DNA of 64,000 nt, from contig CM007989.1 in the NCBI GenBank assembly GCA_002189035.1, positions 3,534,001-3,598,000 on the forward strand. Reading direction: 5' to 3'. Positions 38,598 through 54,539 of the stretch are shown piece after piece (the stretch's first letter is position 1; each line of letters begins with the position of its first letter). Position numbers and translations under genes: made by a program. The DNA comes from Utricularia gibba (lineage: Eukaryota; Plantae; Magnoliophyta). The notes below the pieces were generated by a model, which worked only from the letters and a program-made list of their open reading frames with translations, did no database searches and was not told the DNA's origin.

Positions 38598-41290
38598 ATG
38601 TCTTGCTTGCTGCCGCAGTTTAAGTGTCCGCCTGACATTTTAGCAGTTAACTTCAGGCTCCAAAATTTTCATCTTCATACATGTGAGTTCTGGTTGTTTC
38701 AGGGATTTGATTGTGGGTGTTTCCTTTGAAGCTTCAATAGTTTCTGGATTGAAGTATCGTTGTTTGTGATTCTGCATTCTTTGTTTTGTGGAGAAAAAGT
38801 GAAGGATTGCGTTGAATCAAAAGCTGTCTATTTGAGTTGGGTCTCTGTTCTTGGGTTGATGTCGGTGTTGTTTCTTTTTTAAAGAAAGTTTTTGGGGTGT
38901 AAGTGTAATGGATTGCGATCAAATCTCTTTCTTGTTGGCACTAAATTCATCTTTTTGTGAGTAGTCACGTTTCAATGAATCTATACTTGCTTTTGGCTCT
39001 TAGTGCAATTTGTGACTGGAATCTTCAATCTTTTCATGCTCTTCAGCTACTGTGCGTTTTGCAGCCATGATTCACTCCCACCAGCTTTTGGGACAAAACT
39101 CATACTCAAGAAAGTTTTTTGATGTAAATGCAGTTAGAAGAAGGGAAGTTGTAAAATTTCGGACACGTTGTGTCCTGACAAGTACATCACTTTCAACCAC
39201 AATAACAACATCGGTTCTTGACATTGAGAAGTTAAAGTTGTCTTCTTCATTGGAAGATATTGCAACATCAGTTACAGATGACAGATCATGGTTAGAGCCA
39301 GTGTCAGTCATTAAAACTGCAATGATAGAATTGGAGAAAATACCTTCTCTCAAAGCTCATCCAATTGCTGATAAGATGCGGCATTACGTCAGAGGCGTTG
39401 GCCTCCATTCTGAGGTTGGCTTTCTGATTTTTGGTGTGTTTATCCTTTTTTACACATAATGATATTGCATTTCAATTAGTGTATTCTGAATAATTCATCT
39501 CCCAAACTTCAATCTACTGTAGGTAAATGACGTTATAGACAAGGAGGCCTTCCTAACAAGTGAAGAAGCTACTATAGTTGCTGCTGCATCTGAGGCAGTT
39601 GCATTAGCTAAGGCAGCAGTAAAGGTAGCAAAAGATGCTGCTTTGATGGTTAATGATCTTAAGTCCAGAAAGCCCGATGGCTTGGAAACCACAAACTCAA
39701 CTGTGGTCAAAGCTTCAGTGCTTAATAAGATTCATCTTGGAACTTCATTAGAAAACAGTTCCCTCGGGGGGGCAAGTCTATGGTTACTAGAGATTTTCTG
39801 GATGGAAACTCTACTGATCCTTATGCAGAACCTGATGATGCGGAGCCTAGTGCTGAAGAACTTGAGCTTCTTGAAATAGAGCTCTCTAAGAATGTCACTG
39901 TTCGATCCAATCGACAAATGGAGAGAAAAGAAAGGAGAAGTAGAGCAGCCCAGAAGGCGGCAGCCAATATCATGTCCATGAAACCTGCTACTTCAGGTCG
40001 TAAAAAACGCTCTACTGTACAAGAAGTAGATTATTCTGATCCTCTCCGTTATTTAAGAGGGGTAACAAATTCTTCTAGGCTTCTAACTGCCTCTGAAGAA
40101 CAAGAGTTATCAGAAGGGATTCAGGTACCATCTTGCTCCTACGTTGCTGTTTTTCTTTGCATGTATCTCGTGCACTTTTTTTTCATTGCAAGTAATGCTC
40201 ACTGCAGATCCTGCTGAAGTTGGAAAGAATTCACGAAGAGCTTAGAAAGCGCCTTGGTGTGGCGCCTTTGTTTTCTCAGTGGGCTACAGCTGCTGGGCTT
40301 GACCAGCAAACGCTAAGGAAGCAATTAAACTATGGTTCCTTATGCAAAGATAAAATGATCAAGAGCAACATACGCCTTGTTGTTTCTATCGCAAAAAATT
40401 ACCAGGGTTGTGGGATGAATCTCCAAGATTTGGTTCAGGTAAGATTGTTACTTTTTACTGTGACGATTAGTCCAAACTAATTGTAAGAATTGATGCGTTC
40501 AGGAAGGATGTCGAGGGCTTGTGAGGGGTGCTGAGAAATTTGATGCTACAAAAGGTTTCAAATTTTCCACTTATGCTCACTGGTGGATTAAGCAAGCTGT
40601 GAGGAAAGCACTCTCGGATCATTCCAGGACCATTCGACTGCCTGTAAGAGTTCCCAGTCTTGCTTTCTTTATGGCTTCCTCGAGTTTCAAAGTTAATCAA
40701 CATCATTCTCGTCACTACAGTTTCATCTTGTCGAAGCTGGATACAGAGTGAAGGAAGCGAGAAAGCAACTCTATACTGAAAATGGCAGGCAACCAAATGA
40801 TGAAGAAGTTGCTGAAGCAACCGGACTATCGATGAAACGGCTTTCTGCAGTCATGTCAACGCCTAAAGCTCCCATATCTCTTGACCAAAAGATTGGGATC
40901 AATGAAGACCTCAAACCCTCGGTACATTTGTTATCTCATTTGTTACCCTTAACTTGAACTGCAGCCAAGTTTTTCCATCTGAAGGCATTCTTTTATTTTT
41001 TGTTGCAGGAGATGATAGCAGATCCAGAGGCGGAGACAGCAGAAGAAGTTCTCATCAAACAGTTCATGAGACAGGACCTGTTGAAGGTTCTTGACACCCT
41101 GAATCCCCGAGAGAAGCAAGTCGTAAGACTGAGGTTTGGCTTAGAGGATGGAAGGATGAACACTTTGCAAGAAATTGGGGAGCAAATGGGTGTGAGCCGT
41201 GAAAGAATCAGACAAATAGAATCGTGTGCATTCCGGAAGCTGAAGAATAAGAAGAGAACCATGGTGTTGCAGCAGTATGCCATGCAGTGA
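38598..41290 (+). CDS. SIG2: Plastid RNA polymerase sigma factor B (SIG2), multi-exon; 1-nt deletion at 39766-39772
   Basis: First exon [13 protein letters not shown]; [10 protein letters not shown]; [17 protein letters not shown]; [12 protein letters not shown]; region 4 [20 protein letters not shown]. Confidence 0.95.
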
Positions 41291-41697
41291 TCATCATCAT
41301 ACCCTGGATTCGTTTTACTGAGTTCACTTACCCATAAGAATCACATCTGTTTCGGGATCCTTTTTTGCCTTGCCCCATTTCCGTTTTCTTTAGACACTTC
41401 ATAGAAACCATTCGTTTTCTTCCCTTTCCTTCACATTTGCTAAGTGTAATAGTTGTTCTGTGAATAGGTGTTGTCCACGCAACCTCCTAGAAACTCTGTT
41501 CCAGTGAAGAGTAAATTGGTTCACTGTGTCTTATTGTCGTGTGTCTTGGAACCAAATATGCGAACCGAAATAAATCCCAGTTCATGTGTTTGAACGCCCC
41601 TTAGCGGTTTTTTGACAAGCTTTTGAACACAAATTTGCTTACAAATTTCATGCAAATAATGCGTAAATGTCAGTATTGCAGGCAACATTGTTCTAGA

Positions 41698-42641
41698 CTA
41701 ACTCTTCGGTATGTTCTTCCCTACAATTTTAGCAGGAGTAATGCGAAGAAGATTGCCTGGTTTACCAGGAACAGCTCCCTTGATCATCACACAGTTCAGT
41801 TCATTATCAATCTTGACGATCTTGAGCTTTCGAATCTTCGCCTTGGTTCCCCCATCCTGCCAGGCATCTTCTTGCCCTTGTAAACACGTCCTGGAGTAGT
41901 ACCAGCTCCAATGGATCCAAGCTCTCTGTGGCTTTTGGATCCATGAGCCATCTGTCCTCTCTTGAAGTTGTGCCTCTTGATACCACCTGAGACAAAATCA
42001 GGCACAATGCAAAAAAATTCACACTGTGAACTCACAACGAATTTGCAAGCACATTTCTGTTGGAGTTTGGAAAAAAAATGGCAATGTGAAACGAAAAACC
42101 AAAACCACCAACCTTGAAACCCTTTTCCGATGGTGGTACCGGAAACGTCTACCAAGTCGCCAACTTTGAAGAGTTCGTCAACCACCAGGCGCTGATTGGG
42201 CTCATAGCCTTCAACAGACAGCAATCTGTACTCCTGCAAGTGCCGCAACGGTATATTCCCAGATTTCTCCAAATGCCCCAGCTCCGGCTTTGTCAATTTA
42301 CGGTCACGAACCCTTCGATACCCAACTTGGACAGCATCGTAGCCGTCGGTCGCCTCTGTCTTGACCTGGGTAACGATGTTCCCTTCACGGAAACCAACGA
42401 TGGTTACCGGAACTACGACGCCGGAGTCCTCAAAGTACGACATCATCCCAAGCTTCGTGCCCATTAAACCCACCCCCCTCCATCGAAGCGCAAATGGGGC
42501 GTGCCTTGGAGGAGGAACCATCGAGAGAGAGAGAGGAGAAGCGCTTGACTTGGAGCCGGGGCAGGAAAGAGGAGGAAGGACGAGCGGATCCGGAGGAGAC
42601 AGCGGCGGAGAAGAATGAATTGCAGTGGGTAAAGCGGCCAT
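41698..42641 (-). CDS. RPL3: Plastid 50S ribosomal protein L3, 2 exons; 1-nt deletion at 41849-41853
   Basis: Transit peptide; GLMGTKLGMMS, GYDAVQVGY, TIGKGFQG|GIKRHNF, SHRELGSIGAGTTPGRVYKGKKMPGRMG. Adding one G restores GTKAKIRKLKIV...KNIPKS*. Confidence 0.95.
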
Positions 42642-42960
42642 TGCGAACTCCTGAAATTTCCGGTTGTCTTATCCATCAACGACGACGCCAGACTGTTATC
42701 TCTTTCCTTCTTTTTTAATAATTATATTCTTTTTCAAACAAAAAGGATGATCATCCCCAACATAAAAAGCGTCCGACTCCGCATCTATCGCGCGTCCGGC
42801 GCGGACGCGAGCTGCATTCCGAATGTCCGTACACCGGAGTCCTCTATTATTGCAGTCCAATCGAAAATTTTCAGGGAAAAAAGAGCAGGGAGCATGGCCT
42901 TCGCTAGCAAGACGATGCTACTTTTCTGCTGTTGATGGCTTCCTAAGCAAACACAATGCA

Positions 42961-47183
<4,223 letters not shown>

Positions 47184-48053
47184 TTTCGAAAGAAGTGGCG
47201 CAAGAGTGAGAGTCCCGAATTCAAAAACGTTGCCGGAAAGACTAATGGTTCCGGCAGATGAACCCAGTAGCTACGATGTAAGACCAGCGAGCTGGAGGCG
47301 CATCAGAGATAGTCAGCCCAGATGCCGGTGGTTACTTCTGCAGAAACCTTTTTTTTTTTTTTAGGGGGTAAATATTTTTTAATTTTTTAATTTTTATAAA
47401 AAGGCTACGATTTGATAAATCCAATTAAATTAATTTCATTTAGTAGTTGATAATATTATATTAATATGTTTAAATATATTTTTAATTAAATATTTATATA
47501 TTTAATTATATATAAGTTTAATATTCGAGAATATAAATTTAATTTTTCTTCTATTTGTATAGATCATCTACATTTTCAAAAAATAATATGATTTGTATGG
47601 TATATAAAATTGATATTTATGTGTAAAATTTGATATAAATATTTTATATTATACTATCGGTATTAGTGTGACCTCTTAAATGAAACCCAAATTTAAATTC
47701 AAAATAAATCGTTCCAGATTTGGAATATCGGAGGATATCTGGGGATGAGGAGGGTACAAGTTATTACAAGGATATTACAATAGAAATAGAAATGGCGACT
47801 GCATGCAAGGTCAAAAGTTGCCGTAAATAAGTTTAACAGCATCCCCAAAAGCACGAGGAGAGCAAGTTCATCGTTGGAGACGGTTACGGAGATCTCATCC
47901 AAACATGTATATATTGTAATAACACAGACAGATCCCCCACATTTCACTCTGTGTTTTCTTGTAAGAATCCTTCATCACGCACTGCGTTTTTTTGTTTCAT
48001 AACAATGTATCATCATCTACTTGTCTGCTTCCCATTGCAGCTCCGGATGTGTA

Positions 48054-49621
48054 ATGGAGCCGCAGGCGGAGTTCAGAAGGATTCACATCATTTACTTCCT
48101 GCGTCGGAGGGGAAAGATCGACCACCCGCATCTTCTTAGGCTGCAAATCTCTAAAAACGGGGTTCGATTACGAGGTTTCTTTTCTTCATGTTGGTATTAT
48201 GTGATGAAGATCTGTGCTTTCCTCTCTTGTCTGAATGATGCCATGGATCAGATGTGAAGAGGTGGCTGGGAGAATTGCGAGGGGAGGATATGCCCGACTC
48301 GTATTCATGGTCATACAAAAGGTAACAACCAGATGGTGGAATCAGAAAACATTGCAAGGCTTTTACTGATCTTTTTAATGCTGTCAGAAAGTACAAGTCA
48401 GGGTATGTTTGGCAAGATCTGATGGATGAGGACCTCATAACTCCTGTTTCGGACAACGAATATGTGCTTGAGGGACAGAGATTCTTCCAGCTGACATAAA
48501 AGGTTGAGTTTAGATTTCAAGCAAAAAGGTTTATGTGTGTGATTTCGAAATTTTTGTCCTCAAAAGACAAGAAGAAGGATAGTGAAGATCAGAAGGCTCT
48601 GTGCAAAGAAGAAGGTCAGGGCCAGAGCCATTCCTCAGAGGCCTCCGTCTATATGTCAACGAAGTCCTCTGAGATCGAGGAAGAGTCTCCGCCGTTCAGC
48701 TCCTCCGGTTCATCGACGGTAACAGATGACTCAACCAAAACTTGTCCCAAGGTCAATAGCTCCGGTGGGGAGAAGCACACACCGCCTCTGTTTTCCACCA
48801 TACTGAGCAAGATAAAGAGCAGCAATGGCAAGACTGAGACAACACTAGCCGCCCCATCGGCGCGTGAACCCAATTTGGTGAAGAGCAAGAGCTGCTCCAA
48901 TGGGGGTACATGGATTTTCAGAAACTTGGTCACATGTAGAACAGCGAAGACCAATGAAGCCGCCCTGGTTGCAGTCAACGGCCATCGCCGGAGACTACAT
49001 TTCCTAAGCTTGTGCCCAAACGATGCCAGAGACGTTGTCAAGTCAGCTGAAGCAAAACCAGGGGACAGGCTTGGAGGAGCTCAGAGGGCTTTCAAGATTC
49101 CTACTTGGGCAACTAAAATCAACGGCAGGTGATTCTACAACACTCTTCACTGAAATCCAGGCTCCGGTTGCAGGAGTGCAAGGAGATGCTATTTCTTACT
49201 AGAGACTGAATTTCACAGGAATAGCTACAACGGGTTGATGCATTCAGCTTGGAACCAAGGCAAGTTAAAATCACAGAGATGTGGATCAGGTGCACACAAC
49301 TTCTGTAACTGGCCTGACTGCTCGTAAGTCTTTATCCATACACTGTCGTTTCACCTCCATATTGATCGCTCTGAAGCATCAATGATGATGAATGCTTTTC
49401 GTTGCAGACAATGTGGGAGCACATTCAAGCCAGAGAAGATGAACAAGCATATGAAAGCATGCAAAGGCATGAAGGCTTGTACCTCCAATGCTGCTGCTAT
49501 GACTGCTGCGGTGTCTACTTCCCAGAAAGCGTCAAAGGGGTTCGCTGAATCCTCCGCCTCAGCGCAGCTGCTCTACTGCTCCACCTCCACAGATATCTTC
49601 AGAAAGCAACCGTTCACTTAA
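48054..49621 (+). CDS. SOK1: SOSEKI (DUF966/DIX-like) polarity protein, SOK1-like, multi-exon; 1-nt deletion at 48472-48474
   Basis: [66 protein letters not shown] motif and a C-terminal Zn finger [18 protein letters not shown]. Confidence 0.9.
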
Positions 49622-50254
49622 AACTGAAAAACAGCCCAAGTTTGATTATATATGCAGCCCAGGTGTAGTAAACATAATATACGATTTATGGGCCGGCCCA
49701 AGAATCATTTTTTTTTTCATTTTTATATATATTTAATTAAACCTACGCTATTAAATTATTCCCGCAATCACTCTCACTGTGGAAATGGAAATTAGATTTT
49801 TTATAGCACGTACTTTGAATACTATTCTAAAATATTTAAAAATTAAAGTTGATTAAAATATTTTTTAGTTTTTAAAAATACAAATAGGTCATTTTTTTTA
49901 ATTTAATAACCATTAAGTAGCATCATAGGAGAACCACACTATTGGCGTGTTCCTGATTAAAAATTACTAGTTTGACCATTTGTCCTTTCAAGGGGTGAGG
50001 ACAAATTGCATTTCACCCCCTCCAATAAAGCTAAATTCGAATGGTCCACATCAAACCATGTAGGTGCCAAATGAACCCCAGGCTGGTCATGTAAACCACA
50101 GAAATAATTTCTGTTTACCCCCTCAATTTATGAGAAATTCTTTTAAAAAAAAATCATATATATCCAGCTAGAGAACACCACGCGTGATTCATATTTATTA
50201 AATTTGCATTTATTACGTATTGAATGAAAGCGACGCCCGGCGACAATAATCCGA

Positions 50255-50297
50255 GGGGGGTGGGGTGCAAAGGCCTGCGGGGGCGGTGGGGGAGGGG
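50255..50297 (+). other. Potential G-quadruplex-forming sequence
   Basis: Five G tracts (G6, G4, G5, G5, G4) within 43 nt. Confidence 0.5.
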
Positions 50298-50825
50298 CCC
50301 CTCCGGGAAATGGTGACACGTGTACGGCGAGGATGGAGTTGGGGTAATTGTAGATTGCATTATTGGTAGAGAATATGGATATCATCAATAGAGGCCATAT
50401 ATTAAACTCCAAAGGCTGAAAAGCCGCACCATCCCACATGCCCAAGATTTACTGGCCTTGAGTGGTCGGCACCCTCTGCTTTCCCGGTCAGCATCTACGT
50501 GGCAGCCACAAATAAATTTCCCATCCATTTAGAAAATATCCAATTCATTTTCATTTTTGGAATAAAATACATTTATGATTTTACAATATATTTTGAAAAT
50601 TCATTTTGAGAAAAAATAAATACTTATACTATGCAATGTAAGTTCACTGATCTAATCATGATATACTACATTCATTACGAATGAGAGGCGAAATATAATT
50701 AAATAAATAAATTCTTTTAATTTTGTATGATAAATTTTCTTCTAAAATTAACAATGTAAAATCATGATGATTAAATACCTGAAATAGATAATATTTTGTA
50801 AGTTAAACGTAGGTGTTATATGTAA

Positions 50826-51106
50826 GATCATCTTTACATGTTTTCGGAAATGCTGACATGTCATTTTCAAAAATTGATTTATTAGGTTTACTTTATTAAG
50901 TTTTCTTTACGTTTGTATCAATTTTCGGAAATCGTAATATTAAAATAAATATTATAAACTACATTTTAAATCATTTTTGAAAGGAAATCGGATTTACTCA
51001 TTTCCGTTTCCGGAAAAAATGAAAAACAAGTTTACTCGTTTTTGAAACATTTATCTCATTTTCGAAAATGTCACATCAGCATTTTCGGAAACAAGTAAAG
51101 ATGCTC
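50826..51106. mobile_element. Tourist (PIF/Harbinger)-like MITE, 281 bp
   Basis: TAA TSD on both sides (50823-50825, 51107-51109). TIRs GATCATCTTTACATGTTTTCGGAAATGCTGA... / ...TCAGCATTTTCGGAAACAAGTAAAGATGCTC, about 84% complementary over 45 bp. Confidence 0.8.
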
Positions 51107-52414
51107 TAATATGAATTAAATGGTGATTTTGTGTGAGGCTAATTAATTTCTTCGGTAGGAAGGTTACGTGAAGGCAATAAGCGAGTGGCCTTCTTTTTTT
51201 CTCTTCATGGCTTGAAAAGCAAAAAGGCAGAGATTTGTGATATATGTGTGTGTTTTTTTTTGGAATGGGTTGGGCATTTCATGTAATATAAAAAATATTA
51301 TTGGATAATATAAGGTGTAGGTGCGCCGCGCCATATCGGATGAGTGGAATTGGAGTAGGTTTTAGCATCGTGTCGTACTTGAAAGGGAGGAAGCTACATT
51401 GGACCATAGAAAAAAAGCAGTGACAGGAACACCAGGGAAAGGTAAAAAGTAAAATGTGTTAAAAAAAATTAGGAATCATGTCTCCACATGGGGTTGTGGT
51501 TGACGTGGCATATTTTTTTAGTAAGATTACCCAAATTATATATATACATATTATTAACATTAAAAGGTTATATTTTTAATATAAAAATAATATCAATATA
51601 ATAGAAGATGATACCATGTCTAGTTTAGATTTGCGTAATTGGATGCTTGGCCTTGGTCATTCAAATATTTTAAAAATAATTTATTATTAAATATGAATAA
51701 TTTATATTACAAAAAATGTGAGATTTTTCATTGTTGTGAAGTTGTAGAAACCTGAAATATATTTTATCACAAGCGCTTGTTGTAAATTATTTTTCAAGGA
51801 ACAAAATTAAATAGTTATTAGCTATGTTTGAAAAACCACTTCTCTGCTTAAAGAATCAACTTTTGTGTTAAGAATTAATTATCCTTTTCAAACATTACTC
51901 AATTATTTTTTTTATGAGCGATTATTTGAGAAATAACTCAATTCTATTACGTAGGAAATAATTGATTTTGAATATAATTTTGCAAATATATCTCTTTTGT
52001 ATAAATAATTGGAATTATTATTTTTAAAATAACTATTAATTTTTTATAATTTTATTTTAAATAAATCATTTAAAATATTATAATTTTAATATAAGTTTAT
52101 TACATTTATTATAATAGTATAACATATAAAATATATATAGATTTACGTACTATGCTATAATATAAATTATTCATATAATATGATTACTAAAAATATAGAT
52201 TAATGTGTCACTTACGAAAAATACTTTTCATTTTTTTGAATTTAATAGGTTACTATTGAGTCGAGTTTCAAAATGAAGACCCGCACAAACTGGGAATCTT
52301 TGGAAGCACCTTTGGTCTATATAAATAAGCACCCCACCGGTTCCCACAATCTTGACCAATTGACAAAAAAAAAAAGGAAAAGAAACTTATTTTCTCCTCG
52401 ATCGGAGGTTCAAG

Positions 52415-52750
52415 ATGTCGACGGCGATAGTGTCCTCTCCGCCGCCGCTGCACCTCTGCTTCGTGCTCGTGATCCTGATGTCGTTCGTGGGAATGACGTG
52501 GTACGCCACCTACGAGAACATCGTCGGCGGATTCTTCGATCAGATAAAGCTTCTTCTCCTGGTGTCGCCGCTCATCATTTTAGGCGCCGTGCACTTCCTT
52601 GCCGCAGTTGACCGCCCTCCTTTCAACTTACTGCCGTCGCCGGAGAGAGACTCCTTTCACCGCGCCGGAGGAACTCCGTGGGGCGTCGGATTCCTCCTCG
52701 TCGTTCTCCTCTTCATGATCTCCTACCACTCTGACTTCAGAGTCGCTTGA
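52415..52750 (+). CDS. Small uncharacterised transmembrane protein (At5g19875/At2g31940-like family)
   Basis: PPPLHLCFVL...WY...LLLVSPLI...HRAGGTPWGVGFLLVVLLFMISY, with three hydrophobic segments; TATAAAT upstream at ~52319. Confidence 0.8.
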   Translation: MSTAIVSSPPPLHLCFVLVILMSFVGMTWYATYENIVGGFFDQIKLLLLVSPLIILGAVHFLAAVDRPPFNLLPSPERDSFHRAGGTPWGVGFLLVVLLFMISYHSDFRVA

Positions 52751-53680
52751 CCTCAAATCTAGTGTACTTTCTAGATAAGAAGCTTGTGCTAGTTTCCATG
52801 AACTCCCCTTTTCCCTGTAATCCTCAAGGTGAATACTGTTGTGAAGTTCCTTAATGCTTGTTTAGCTTTGCAGATCAGCAGAATAAGTGGAACCCTGAAA
52901 TTTATCACATAAAACAAGTACTTCAACCACCCCAATCCACAACAACGTCACCCTGAAAACTCGTCCTATGCATCATTTCTTCGCACAACACAACTCATTC
53001 CTGAAGTTCTCTGGGAGTGAGTGCTTAGCGTTGAAAAGATCCCTCTAAAACCAGTTGGGTTTCCTCAATAAAATGGCATAGCATCTCAATTTCTACTCAA
53101 AGAACACAACCAATAGCACGGGCTGCACCCTCCCACCCTGCAGCCTCCGATGTACGGCACGGAGGAGGCGGAGCTGATGATGGGCTGACTCATGCCTTCC
53201 GCAAATGGGTTTACGTGTTTTGGTATTCCATGGACGAGAGGTTATTCCGATTGCATTAAAACGGAAAAAAGAGAAGCCTCTGCCTTTGATTTTACCATCC
53301 AGGGCCCGGGGTTTTGCTGCTCAAAATTCTTCACTGAGAATTACCCGGCGACTGTGAACTGTGAAGCTCTCTCTCTCTCTGTTTTAAAAAGTGAAGTGGG
53401 CCGTCAGAAATGGGCCACCTAATTGCCCATATCTGATGGGCCTTCTGTCCAGTTCTAGGTAAGTAGCGTTCTCGTGTGTAAGTGGGCCCCATCACAGCCA
53501 GCTGGCGGAAACGGGAGTCAATTCCAATGGCCGGTCCCGTTGAAGCAATTTGACGTCCATCCCCTTGTTTGCTAGCCGACCCCGACCACAGTGTCGAGTT
53601 GAGTGTCGTGTTGTATAAAATGATGGAACGTTCTTCGAAAATATCTACCGACATTTCATTCCGAATAGCTGAAGCGGAAA

Positions 53681-54100
53681 ATGGGAGTAGTGATAATCGA
53701 CGGCACGACGGTGCGATCCTTCGTGGAGGACGAAGTTCAGTTTCAGAAAAGCGTAGACGAGGCCTTCGCCTTACTCGACGTCAACAACGACGGAGTTCTT
53801 TCCCGATCGGAGCTCCGCACCGCCTTCGAATCGCTGCGGCTCATCGAGACGCACTTCGGCGTCGACATCGCCACGCCGCCGGAGGAGCTGACTAGCTTTT
53901 ACGATTCGATTTTCGAGAAGTTTGATGACGATAAGAGCGGTGCGGTCGATCGGAAGGAATTCACCGAGGAATTCAGGAGAATACTGCTCGCGATCGCTGA
54001 TGGACTGGGATCGAACCCCATTCAGATGGCGGTGGAGGAGGACGGCCAGAGTTTTCTTAAGAAGGCGGCGGATCTGGAGGCGGCGAAGTTGAGCCGTTGA
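53681..54100 (+). CDS. Calcium-binding EF-hand protein (At2g44310-like), intronless
   Basis: MGVVIIDGTTVR; EF loops DVNNDGVLSRSE and DDDKSGAVDRKE; LLAIADGLGSNPIQM. Confidence 0.92.
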   Translation: MGVVIIDGTTVRSFVEDEVQFQKSVDEAFALLDVNNDGVLSRSELRTAFESLRLIETHFGVDIATPPEELTSFYDSIFEKFDDDKSGAVDRKEFTEEFRRILLAIADGLGSNPIQMAVEEDGQSFLKKAADLEAAKLSR

Positions 54101-54539
54101 TTTCGTCGTACCAACCAGCTGTGTTTAATCTCATCCAATAAATGCGATCGATGCGCTTCGTTGTCTTTACGCAAATAACTCGTGATGTGATTAATCTAGT
54201 TGAGTAAACTACGTTCTATTGTAATTTGGATAAAAAACCCTGACTTTGGGCTGGGTTTAAGGGTTTAATGGATCACTCCAAATAGTCTTTTTAAAAGTCC
54301 AATCCTAAAACAAGGAAGCTTCTTTGTGACACCACGCAGCCATTGGTGGATTGCTCTGCTTGGTCACCCATTCCGTTGTGCATATACGTTCTCATTGTGA
54401 TCGCATGTCCAGCTTGATCGACTTCTCCGAGAATCAGGTTTTTTGTTCTCAATTTGGTGATTAGTTTACTATTTGTAATCTGTTTTCATTACTGAGACAT
54501 GATATGCTGATTCAGCTGAACTTCAGGGGTTTTTGAGCA

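Noticed and set aside
53170-53195. Possible C/D snoRNA (TGATGA...CTGA)
   Set aside because: The boxes are only a few nucleotides apart, with no terminal stem or guide sequence.
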